Source: Ktedonobacteraceae bacterium (GTDB lineage Bacteria; Chloroflexota; Ktedonobacteria; Ktedonobacterales; Ktedonobacteraceae). Taken from it: a DNA stretch of 19,260 nucleotides. The position numbers were made by a program, and so were the translations under genes. The stretch lies in NCBI GenBank assembly GCA_034436045.1, contig DAOTVZ010000016.1, forward strand, positions 1 to 19,260, read 5' to 3'. Under the pieces are notes generated by a model, which saw nothing but the letters and a program-made list of their open reading frames with translations, searched no databases and had not been told where the DNA came from. Positions 1 to 6,586 of this stretch are shown one piece after another (position 1 is the stretch's first letter; each line of letters starts with the position of its first letter).

Positions 1-155
1 TAGTGTCTAGTCGGCACATGCATGATGCCGGTAATACCTGTGCCGGTATCATGCACGTCCATATCTATGCTATTCACATTATTCTCGCCGCGCGTTCCAC
101 TATTTCCTTGCGCTATGAGACACACTGAAACAAGATAGGACAGGTTTTTCACTTT

Positions 156-220
156 AAAAATGAAATTCTGCTCCATCATTGCTCATGCTGCGGGCAATGG
201 TGGAGCAGAATCCCATTTTT
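156..220. terminator. Long imperfect inverted repeat (27-nt arms 156-182 / 194-220, 11-nt loop) with A-run on the left and T-run on the right; candidate bidirectional intrinsic terminator upstream of tgt
   Basis: AAAAATGAAATTCTGCTCCATCATTGC ... GCAATGGTGGAGCAGAATCCCATTTTT. The arms are reverse complements with 2-3 mismatches. The structure is followed by TTTTTAAACTTTTTA on + and a T-run on - as well. Confidence 0.45.
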
Positions 221-238
221 AAACTTTTTAGCCCTCCC

Positions 239-290
239 TTGACGCCTGTGCGACAATGAAAGATGACTATGGCGAAACCCATGTTAGAAT
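239..290 (+). promoter_or_regulatory. Possible tgt promoter region (TTGACG at 239-244; extended -10-like TGTTAGAAT at 282-290)
   Basis: Read by eye. The spacing between the best -35-like and -10-like hexamers is not ideal, so this is weak. Confidence 0.2.
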
Positions 291-317
291 TTTTCTACGC
301 ACTCATTTGACGGAAGC

Positions 318-1499
318 ATGACATTTTTTTCTTTTACTATTGACGCGGAGTGCCCAGACACGTGGGCGCGCGCAGGCACCATCAATACGCCACACGGCAG
401 CATTCGCACGCCTATTTTTATGCCTGTGGGTACACAGGCAACGGTCAAGAGCGTCTCGCCGGAGGAACTACGCGAGGCGGGCGCGCAGATCATTCTTGCC
501 AACACCTATCACCTGATGCTGCGCCCCGGCTCAGCACTGATCCAGGAGTTTGGAGGCCTGCACCGTTTTATGCACTGGGATGGCCCCATTCTCACCGATA
601 GCGGCGGCTTCCAGGTCTGGAGCCTGGGCCACCTGCGCAAGTTGAGCGAGGAGGGCGTCACCTTCAAATCGCACCTGGATGGCTCAACGCATATGCTGAC
701 CGCCGAGCGCGTCATGCAGATTGAGGCCGAACTGGGGGCCGACATCATTCTCCCGCTCGACATCTGCGCGCCCTATCCCGGCACACCCGACACGGCCCGC
801 GCCTCCATGGAACGCACACATCGCTGGGAGGAGCGCGCCCTGTTCGCCAAAGAGCATTATCGCCCGGAGCAGGCACTGTTCGGCATCGTGCAGGGCGCAT
901 TCGAGCCGGAGCTACGACGCGAAAGCGCGCGCGTTATTGGCAACATGCCTTTTGCCGGTTTCTCTATCGGCGGCCTCTCCGTCGGTGAGCCAAAGGCGCT
1001 GATGTGGGAACTGCTCGCTTACGTAACGCCGGAACTCCCCCGCACTAAGCCACGCCATCTGCTCGGTGTGGGATCGCCGGAGGATCTGGTGATCGGCGTG
1101 GGATTGGGCATGGACATGTTCGATTGCGTCTTACCGACGCGCGTGGCCCGTCACGGTGGTCTCTTTACGCACGATGGACGCATCAACATCAAAAGTGCGC
1201 GCTACCGCAGCGAGCAGGGGCCGATTGAGGCCGACTGCACCTGTTACACCTGCCGCAACTACAGTGCGGGCTACCTGCGCCATCTCATTCAGGCCAACGA
1301 ATACCTGTATCTGCGCCTGGGCAGCATCCACAACATCCATTTCATGTTGACTCTGGCCGCGCAGTTGCGACAATCGATCATCGACGGCACCTATGTAACT
1401 TTCCGCGACAAGTTTCTGGCACGCTATATTCCCGCCTCCGAGCAGGTACGCGAACAGCAGCGGGAAAAATGGAAACAGGCCCGGCTGCGACCGGTATAA
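318..1499 (+). CDS. tgt: Queuine tRNA-ribosyltransferase (tRNA-guanine transglycosylase)
   Basis: 393 aa. Typical Tgt N-terminus (FxxxxxDxxARxGxxxTxHGxxxTPxFMPVGT) and catalytic-region motifs (LDICAPYPG, GFSIGGLSVGE). C-terminal zinc site CxCxxC...H (CTCYTCRNY...H). Confidence 0.93.
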   Translation: MTFFSFTIDAECPDTWARAGTINTPHGSIRTPIFMPVGTQATVKSVSPEELREAGAQIILANTYHLMLRPGSALIQEFGGLHRFMHWDGPILTDSGGFQVWSLGHLRKLSEEGVTFKSHLDGSTHMLTAERVMQIEAELGADIILPLDICAPYPGTPDTARASMERTHRWEERALFAKEHYRPEQALFGIVQGAFEPELRRESARVIGNMPFAGFSIGGLSVGEPKALMWELLAYVTPELPRTKPRHLLGVGSPEDLVIGVGLGMDMFDCVLPTRVARHGGLFTHDGRINIKSARYRSEQGPIEADCTCYTCRNYSAGYLRHLIQANEYLYLRLGSIHNIHFMLTLAAQLRQSIIDGTYVTFRDKFLARYIPASEQVREQQREKWKQARLRPV

Positions 1500-1524
1500 C
1501 ATCTGACGCACAAAGGGGAGAGAT

Positions 1525-2367
1525 ATGCAGCAGAGCAAAGCATACCGCTTTCTCAACACGGGGTTCCAGGACACGGCCCTGAATATGGCGATTGACGAGG
1601 CCATTTTAACGCATTATCTACGCGGCGAGGCACCGCCGACCTTGCGTGTGTTTCGCTGGAAGCGTACCGCCATCACGCTGGGTCGCTTTCAGGATGTGGA
1701 GCGCGAGATCGAGGTGGAACGCTGCCAGCAACAAAGCGTGGAACTCGTGCGCCGTCCTACCGGCGGGCGCGCCGTATACCACCGCGATGAATTCACCTAC
1801 AGCCTTGTCATCGGCAAACGGGAGGGGGTGCCGGGCGGTGTCGTCGCTGCCTATGCCTATCTGGCACAAGGCTTGATGGCCGCGCTAGACCGGCTGGGCG
1901 TGCAATCTGTTCTCAGTGAGGAGCATGTCAGCAAAAACCCTTCGGCGGCCTGCTTTGCCTCCTCTACCCAGGCCGACCTCACCGCCAGCGGCTATAAGAT
2001 CATCGGCAGTGCACAGGTCTGGAAAGATGACGGACTCCTGCAACAGGGGTCGCTCCCCCTGGAAGATCGCGCCAGCGAATTTTTTGCGCTGCTACGTTTC
2101 CCTGATGAAGAGACACGCGCACAGGCACTGGCCCGGTATCACACCAAAACGACGCCCCTGCATACCTTCAACCCGCAGGCAAGCTGGGATGATGTTGCGC
2201 GCGCCTTTCATGAGGGCTTCAACTCCTTCTTGCAACACAACTTCGTACCAGCAGAACTCAGTGCATCAGAATGGGAACTGGCCCGGCAACTGGCAGAGGA
2301 GAAATACAGTAAGCTTACCTGGAAGGCGGAAAAGGTGCAGCTCATCACACAGAATACCCAGGTATAA
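1525..2367 (+). CDS. Lipoate-protein ligase / octanoyltransferase family protein (BPL/LplA/LipB catalytic domain; LplA- or LipM-like)
   Basis: 280 aa. RRPTGGRAVYH motif characteristic of the LplA/LipB/BirA fold; Lys in YKIIGSAQ. RBS AAGGGGAGAG 5 nt upstream of ATG. Too short to carry the LplA C-terminal accessory domain, so LipM/LplJ-like. Confidence 0.85.
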   Translation: MQQSKAYRFLNTGFQDTALNMAIDEAILTHYLRGEAPPTLRVFRWKRTAITLGRFQDVEREIEVERCQQQSVELVRRPTGGRAVYHRDEFTYSLVIGKREGVPGGVVAAYAYLAQGLMAALDRLGVQSVLSEEHVSKNPSAACFASSTQADLTASGYKIIGSAQVWKDDGLLQQGSLPLEDRASEFFALLRFPDEETRAQALARYHTKTTPLHTFNPQASWDDVARAFHEGFNSFLQHNFVPAELSASEWELARQLAEEKYSKLTWKAEKVQLITQNTQV

Positions 2368-2369
2368 CG

Positions 2370-2398
2370 TTGCACGAATATCCCAGGTGCGGTACAAT
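2370..2398 (+). promoter_or_regulatory. Sigma70-like promoter TTGCAC-N17-TACAAT for the GlcG-like / membrane-protein unit
   Basis: TTGCAC 2370-2375, 17-nt spacer, TACAAT 2393-2398, immediately after the stop of the preceding gene. A roughly 100-nt leader contains a small GCTCC/GGAGC hairpin followed by a T-rich tract. Confidence 0.5.
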
Positions 2399-2502
2399 AG
2401 GCGCACGAAGCGATAACCGTCGAGAGATACTAGCTCCGCTTGGAGCGTGTCATTTTCTGCTATCATAGCACATCGTAACAAGCCAGAAGGAGTTGCAGGG
2501 CC

Positions 2503-3135
2503 GTGAGTATGTCGATAGACCTTGCGCGGCGCATACTGGAGGCCAGTAAGCAGCGCGCCAGAGAATTACGCAGTCCCGTGAGCATCGCCATTGTCGATGC
2601 CGGAGGGCACCTTGTCCTCTTTGAACGCATGATGTCCCCCTATGGATGGGTCACCGGTAATATCAGTATCGCCAAAGCGTCTACCGCTGTCATGTTCAAC
2701 CAATCTACCGACGCGGTCGCGCAGTGGGGAGGGGCCATTCCAGGTTTCGCCTCCAGCATGGCAACGATGACCGGGGGCCAGTTTATCATGGCCGCAGGCG
2801 GGTGGCCGATTCGCATGGGAGGCGCGACCATCGGCGGCATTGGCGTGAGCGGCGGGAACGCACCGGGACGCGATGATGAGATCGCCCGCGCCGGCTTGAG
2901 CGTCGTCGAAGCAATGGCCCCCGCTGCTCCAGCATTTCCAGTTTCCCAGGCAGTTCCGCCAGCGTCACCGGTATCCTACGCGGCCCCACCCCCATCACCG
3001 GCACCTGCCGCCAATCGAGCAGTCCCGCAGCCTGAGTTTCCCGGCTCACCTGCAACACACCATCTCCCCTCGCTATCCGAGAATAACGCAGCGGGAGACG
3101 ATTCCGTTAATCAGTTCGCCAATACAGACCTTTAG
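2503..3135 (+). CDS. GlcG/HbpS-like (DUF336) putative heme-binding protein with a Pro/Ala-rich C-terminal tail
   Basis: 210 aa. IAIVDAGGHLV...ISIAKASTAV...IGGIGVSGGNAPGRDDEIARAGL matches the GlcG/PduO-C/HbpS family signature. GTG start at 2503 (ATG at 2509 is an alternative), 10 nt after RBS AGAAGGAG. The C-terminal ~70 aa are low-complexity P/A/S-rich. Confidence 0.8.
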   Translation: MSMSIDLARRILEASKQRARELRSPVSIAIVDAGGHLVLFERMMSPYGWVTGNISIAKASTAVMFNQSTDAVAQWGGAIPGFASSMATMTGGQFIMAAGGWPIRMGGATIGGIGVSGGNAPGRDDEIARAGLSVVEAMAPAAPAFPVSQAVPPASPVSYAAPPPSPAPAANRAVPQPEFPGSPATHHLPSLSENNAAGDDSVNQFANTDL

Positions 3136-3144
3136 GGGGCTTCC

Positions 3145-4020
3145 ATGAGCCAGGAATACACCAACAGTAGAAAACAGCGACGGGCCAGCCGCGCCAATCG
3201 TAATCGTCCCGTCCTCGTCACCTCAACCGAGACCAACGAGTCAACCCGGACCGATAGCAACACAGCGACGGAGCAGCCATCCGCCGCCATCGCCACAGAA
3301 ACGCCACTCACTACCGACAGCCAGCCTGAAACAAAGGCGGCTCCGGCTACCGCGACGACACCGGCCTCAGGTCAGCGTACACGTCGCCTGCCAGGTTTCT
3401 TCTCCACCGTAGGTAAGAAAGAAGAGAACGCCCAGGAAGAGAAAACGAGCATCGCGCAGGCACGCATCGCTCGCGCCATCCGAGCAAAGGGTATTACCAG
3501 CACAACCGGCAAAGTCGAGGCCGTAACATCCGAAAGTACTGAAAAAAGCGACAAACGGGCCACAACCACGCAATCGACCGAGAAGACCACGCCCAGACCG
3601 GCGAGCCGCAATCCAACGAATCGACCAACCACTTTCAAGACGCGCTACATCATCGGCATGGTCGTTTACCTGCTCGCGGCTCAGCTCATCGGTGCGCTCA
3701 TCACCAGCACATTCACAGCATACAAGATCGATAGTGTTCTGCTTCAATTCCCACTCTTCGGCAGCGTGGCAGTTATCCGCACCTCGACGCTCATCTACCT
3801 GGCCATTTTAATCATACTCCTGGCCGTGCTAGCTCGCTTCGACCTGCTCCCACGCAGCCTGGGTGCGATGACCAACACCCAGACCGGTCGCAGTAGCAGC
3901 AGTAATAGCAGCAGCAACAAAAGTGAAAGCCGCAAACTGCCCACTGTGCGCCAGGGCGTCCAGGGGGCCGATGATGACCTGTACCAGCAATATCGTGCGA
4001 ATCAGCGCAAAAGGAAATAG
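3145..4020 (+). CDS. Hypothetical membrane protein: long S/T/K/R-rich disordered N-terminus plus two C-terminal TM helices
   Basis: 291 aa. Starts 9 nt after the upstream stop, so it is probably co-transcribed. No recognisable domain; two hydrophobic helices (about residues 175-195 and 215-240). Confidence 0.55.
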   Translation: MSQEYTNSRKQRRASRANRNRPVLVTSTETNESTRTDSNTATEQPSAAIATETPLTTDSQPETKAAPATATTPASGQRTRRLPGFFSTVGKKEENAQEEKTSIAQARIARAIRAKGITSTTGKVEAVTSESTEKSDKRATTTQSTEKTTPRPASRNPTNRPTTFKTRYIIGMVVYLLAAQLIGALITSTFTAYKIDSVLLQFPLFGSVAVIRTSTLIYLAILIILLAVLARFDLLPRSLGAMTNTQTGRSSSSNSSSNKSESRKLPTVRQGVQGADDDLYQQYRANQRKRK

Positions 4021-4025
4021 CGTAT

Positions 4026-4087
4026 AGAGAATGTTGTGCAAGGCACTGGCGCACTGACACTCCTGTACCCTGCACAACATTTTCTCT
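4026..4087 (+). terminator. Large hairpin (about 16-bp stem GAGAATGTTGTGCA / TGCACAACATTTTCTC) after the 3145-4020 gene; candidate intrinsic terminator
   Basis: Inverted repeat seen directly, followed by a T/C-rich tract CATTTTCTCTCTGG. Confidence 0.45.
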
Positions 4088-4122
4088 CTGGATAAAATTT
4101 CTGCCTGCCTCTTGGCTCTCTA

Positions 4123-4309
4123 TCCTTTAGGGGGATGGTGGTGGTCGGTGTAGGGGTGTCATTCATGACGCCCTGTGCGCGCATCGACGGGTGGTCAGGA
4201 TGTCATGAATGACGCCCTGTGCGCGCATCGACGGGTGGCCAGGGCGTCATTCATGACGCCCTGTGCGCGCATCGACGGGTGGTCAGGGCGTCATGAATGA
4301 CGCCCCTAC
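4123..4309. repeat. Array of four near-palindromic hairpin repeats (about 25-nt GTAGGGGYGTCAT[TC/GA]ATGACGCCCTG-type units) separated by an identical 19-nt linker TGCGCGCATCGACGGGTGG, with a CCTTTAGGG lead-in
   Basis: Units at 4150-4175, 4195-4219, 4239-4263 and 4283-4309, period 44-45 bp. The central dinucleotide alternates TC/GA/TC/GA. The outermost ends form a GTAGGGG...CCCCTAC inverted pair. Linkers are identical, so this is not a CRISPR array. Confidence 0.85.
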
Positions 4310-4343
4310 ACCGACGGATAGAGAGCCTGCCTCTTTTTCCCTC

Positions 4344-4373
4344 TTGACAATATGGGCCGTGAGTCTCTATAAT
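4344..4373 (+). promoter_or_regulatory. Near-consensus sigma70 promoter TTGACA-N18-TATAAT driving the aroF leader
   Basis: TTGACA 4344-4349; TATAAT 4368-4373. Confidence 0.6.
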
Positions 4374-4464
4374 CAACATAGAATAAAGTGCAAGGTAGTT
4401 CAACGGCAGCTTGCCGGGGAACATCCTGATAAGGGAACGCAGATTTAGAAGTGGTGTGAAGACA

Positions 4465-4551
4465 ATGCTTAGCCTGATTGTCAACCAGCAACTGAATAGC
4501 TTTTATTACTGGTTTAGCCCTCCGGCATGTGCGGTGGGCCATTTAGGCTGA
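4465..4551 (+). CDS. Candidate attenuation leader peptide (28 aa, MLSLIVNQQLNSFYYWFSPPACAVGHLG) with five consecutive aromatic codons
   Basis: ATG 4465; codons TTT TAT TAC TGG TTT at 4501-4515; stop TGA 4549-4551. Lies between the promoter and the terminator hairpin in the DAHP synthase leader. SD-like GTGGTG upstream. Confidence 0.5.
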   Translation: MLSLIVNQQLNSFYYWFSPPACAVGHLG

Positions 4552-4576
4552 GCAAAAACACCACCAGACATGCCGG

Positions 4577-4608
4577 AAGCAGAGGAAACAACCTCTGCTT
4601 TTTTGTTT
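4577..4608 (+). terminator. Intrinsic terminator / attenuator hairpin in the aroF leader (AAGCAGAGG-AAACAA-CCTCTGCTT followed by TTTTGTTTG)
   Basis: 9-bp perfect stem, 6-nt loop, U-rich tail. Located 26 nt downstream of the leader-ORF stop and 37 nt upstream of the DAHP synthase ATG. Confidence 0.65.
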
Positions 4609-4644
4609 GTCGAAAAAGTTTTAAACAGGAAAGGACTTCTCATC

Positions 4645-5718
4645 ATGATTATCAGCTTGAATAGTACAGCCAGCAACGAAGAGCGAGCCGACGTAATGGC
4701 ACACTTATGTCGCCTTACCGGTAATCAGAAACCTGTTTCCACAGTCCAGATTGATGGGCAGGAAGTAATTGCTATTGATCAGCAAAGCATAGATGAATAC
4801 AATGCCACCCTCCTCAAAGATCACCCCGCCGTCGCCACTCTTACCAATGTGAAAACCCCCTACCAGCTTGTCAGTCGCGTCTTCAAATCCACCCGGAGCA
4901 GCATCGTGGTCGGTGAAGCTCATGATTGTGATCCCGTCGTCATCGGTGGTGAACATGCCGCCCCTGTCATCATGGCTGGCCCTTGCGCCGTTGAGTCGCG
5001 CGAGCAATTACTCTCAACCGCATGTGCAGTCAAAGAGGCAGGAGCGCAAATTTTACGCGGGGGGGCCTTCAAGCCGCGCACCTCACCATACCAGTTCCAG
5101 GGCCTCGGCATTGAAGGTTTACAACTGCTGGCCGAGGCACGCGCAGCCACCGGCCTGCCGATCATCACCGAGGTCATGGAACCCGCTATGGTCGATGTAG
5201 TTGCGCAATACGCCGACATTCTGCAAATTGGCAGCCGCAACATGCAGAACTTCCCTTTACTACTGGCCGCCGGTCGCCACGCTCAGAAGCGGCCCGTCTT
5301 GCTCAAACGAGGCTTCTCCTCCACTATCGACGAATGGCTGCTGGCAGCAGAGTACATCGTTGCGGCGGGCAACCCCAACGTGATTCTGTGCGAGCGCGGC
5401 ATCCGTAGCTATGACCCGCAGACGCGCAACGTCTTCGACCTGTCCTGCGTGCCCTTGCTGCACGAACTCACCCACCTGCCTGTAATTGTTGATCCCAGTC
5501 ATGCGACGGGACGCCGCGAACTCGTTCCCCCCATGTCACGGGCCGGTATCGCCGCCGGAGCCGAGGGACTGATCATCGAAACGCATCTCGACCCGAACAG
5601 CGCACTCTGCGATGGCCGCCAGTCCATCACGCCTGAACAACTACAGAGTATCGTGCGCACCACACGCCAGCTTGCTCGCCTGCTAAACGAGGAAATGGCG
5701 CTCACGCCAGTGGCATAA
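4645..5718 (+). CDS. aroF: 3-deoxy-7-phosphoheptulonate (DAHP) synthase, type I-beta (KDO8PS-like), with an N-terminal ~90-aa ferredoxin-like/ACT-like regulatory extension
   Basis: [29 protein letters not shown] and VIVDPSH motifs typical of type I-beta DAHPS. RBS GGAAAGGA 8 nt upstream of ATG 4645. The six-frame ORF extends in frame up to 4570, but that region holds the terminator hairpin, so 4645 is preferred. Confidence 0.88.
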   Translation: MIISLNSTASNEERADVMAHLCRLTGNQKPVSTVQIDGQEVIAIDQQSIDEYNATLLKDHPAVATLTNVKTPYQLVSRVFKSTRSSIVVGEAHDCDPVVIGGEHAAPVIMAGPCAVESREQLLSTACAVKEAGAQILRGGAFKPRTSPYQFQGLGIEGLQLLAEARAATGLPIITEVMEPAMVDVVAQYADILQIGSRNMQNFPLLLAAGRHAQKRPVLLKRGFSSTIDEWLLAAEYIVAAGNPNVILCERGIRSYDPQTRNVFDLSCVPLLHELTHLPVIVDPSHATGRRELVPPMSRAGIAAGAEGLIIETHLDPNSALCDGRQSITPEQLQSIVRTTRQLARLLNEEMALTPVA

Positions 5719-5833
5719 CAAAATCAGCAGGGCATATATGGTAGGGGCGTTGTGGTCGCCCACCGCCTCTCCTGGTGGCTGCCCATCGCCTTTCCACAAG
5801 AATTTCAGCTTGCAGCGTTTTTTAAGGCGCACT

Positions 5834-5863
5834 CTCGACTGAACGTATGCCTTATGGTATACT
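5834..5863 (+). promoter_or_regulatory. Possible extended -10 promoter (TCGACT ... TGGTATACT) for the ANTAR regulator gene
   Basis: TG-n-TATACT at 5855-5863 with a weak -35-like TCGACT 18 nt upstream. Confidence 0.3.
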
Positions 5864-5953
5864 GCAACCTACGTGGAGAGTATGCTATAGTATTCCATAG
5901 GATGTCCGATATTTGTGGGCATCCAGAACATATGGGCTGCGAGGTGAAACACA

Positions 5954-6526
5954 ATGCCTACGAGAGTAATTATCGCGGATGACGAAACCATCCAGCGAAT
6001 GGACTTACACGACATCTTGACGAAGCAGGGCTATCTTGTGATTGGTGAGGCCGGTGATGGGCAGAGCGCCGTCAATCTGGCACGCGAACTGCGCCCGGAC
6101 CTCGTAATTATGGACATTCGAATGCCTGATATGGACGGCATTAGCGCTGCTGAGATACTGACACAGGAGAAGATCGCCCCTGTGTTGTTGCTCACAGCGT
6201 TCGGCGATCAGCAGTTGGTCGAGCGCGCCAAAGAGGCCGGCGTTGTCAACTACATCGTGAAGCCGTTGCGCGAGAGCGAGATTGCTCCTGCCATCGAGGT
6301 CGCACTGGCCCGCTATAACGAGTTCCGCGCGATGGAAGAGAAAGCCCGCTCATTGAGCGAGCAGCTTGAGACACGCAAGATCGTGGAACGTGCGAAGGGT
6401 CTTTTAATGGAGAAGCAGGGGCTGAGCGAGCAGGAAGCCTTCCGCAAAATTCAGAAGGCCAGCATGAACAACCGCAAGTCCATGCGTGAAGTGGCCGAAG
6501 CAATCCTCCTGACCAACGAGATGTAA
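5954..6526 (+). CDS. Response regulator with REC receiver domain and C-terminal ANTAR RNA-binding antitermination domain (AmiR/NasR/PdtaR-like); no cognate kinase in the window
   Basis: 190 aa. N-terminal receiver (IIADDE..., phospho-acceptor D in LVIMDIRMPDMDG, conserved K in YIVKP). C-terminus with ANTAR signature (RKIVERAKGLLMEKQGLSEQEAFRKIQKASMNNRKSMREVAEAIL). Confidence 0.9.
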   Translation: MPTRVIIADDETIQRMDLHDILTKQGYLVIGEAGDGQSAVNLARELRPDLVIMDIRMPDMDGISAAEILTQEKIAPVLLLTAFGDQQLVERAKEAGVVNYIVKPLRESEIAPAIEVALARYNEFRAMEEKARSLSEQLETRKIVERAKGLLMEKQGLSEQEAFRKIQKASMNNRKSMREVAEAILLTNEM

Positions 6527-6586
6527 GCTGAAGCGGTGCAGCAGCGTCGCTGCGCCATCGCTTCTCTACCTGGGAAAGAAGCTATC

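Noticed and set aside
318-1499. Tgt homologue as a DpdA-like DNA 7-deazaguanine modification / defence component
   Set aside because: It has canonical bacterial Tgt motifs including the C-terminal zinc site. Its neighbours are a lipoate ligase and housekeeping genes, with no dpdB-K or queC-like cluster. This is an ordinary tRNA-modification tgt.
1131-1604. Antisense and overlapping ORFs in the six-frame track inside tgt (1131-1604 -, 350-601 +, 721-1002 +), and others such as 6984-7685 +, 8655-9161 -, 11457-11960 -, 15615-16082 +, 17830-18336 +, 18607-19056 +
   Set aside because: These are typical high-GC shadow ORFs lying entirely within, or antisense to, well-supported conserved genes. They have no RBS and no recognisable domains.
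4123-4309. Possible CRISPR array (regularly spaced about 25-nt palindromic repeats)
   Set aside because: The 19-nt 'spacers' are identical to each other, the repeat centres alternate orientation, and no cas genes or leader are present. Array 2 is made of 129-bp tandem units. So this is a REP/MITE-like repeat, not CRISPR.
4002-4484. Six-frame ORFs 4002-4184(-), 4251-4484(-), 4263-4448(+), 4306-4542(-) and 10478-10930(+) encoding '...GVMNDAPTP...' peptides
   Set aside because: These are translations of the palindromic repeat units (the same peptide appears from each repeat copy on both strands). They overlap promoter and leader elements, so they are artefacts.
4374-4644. T-box riboswitch in the aroF leader
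   Set aside because: There is no convincing T-box consensus (AATTAGGGTGGNACCGCG) or stem-I specifier architecture. The translated aromatic-codon leader ORF plus terminator explains the leader better.
5719-5953. Intrinsic terminator after DAHP synthase at GCTTGCAGCGTTTTTTAAGG
   Set aside because: The T-run is present but the preceding stem is only about 3 bp, which is not convincing. The CCACC-loop-GGTGG hairpin upstream lacks a U-tract.
6527-6586. Hairpin between the ANTAR regulator and ricT (GAAGCG...GCAGC-GTC-GCTGC...CGCTTC) as an ANTAR RNA target
   Set aside because: The inner loop is 3-5 nt rather than the ANTAR hexaloop, there is no second hairpin, and no terminator follows. There is not enough to call an ANTAR binding site.
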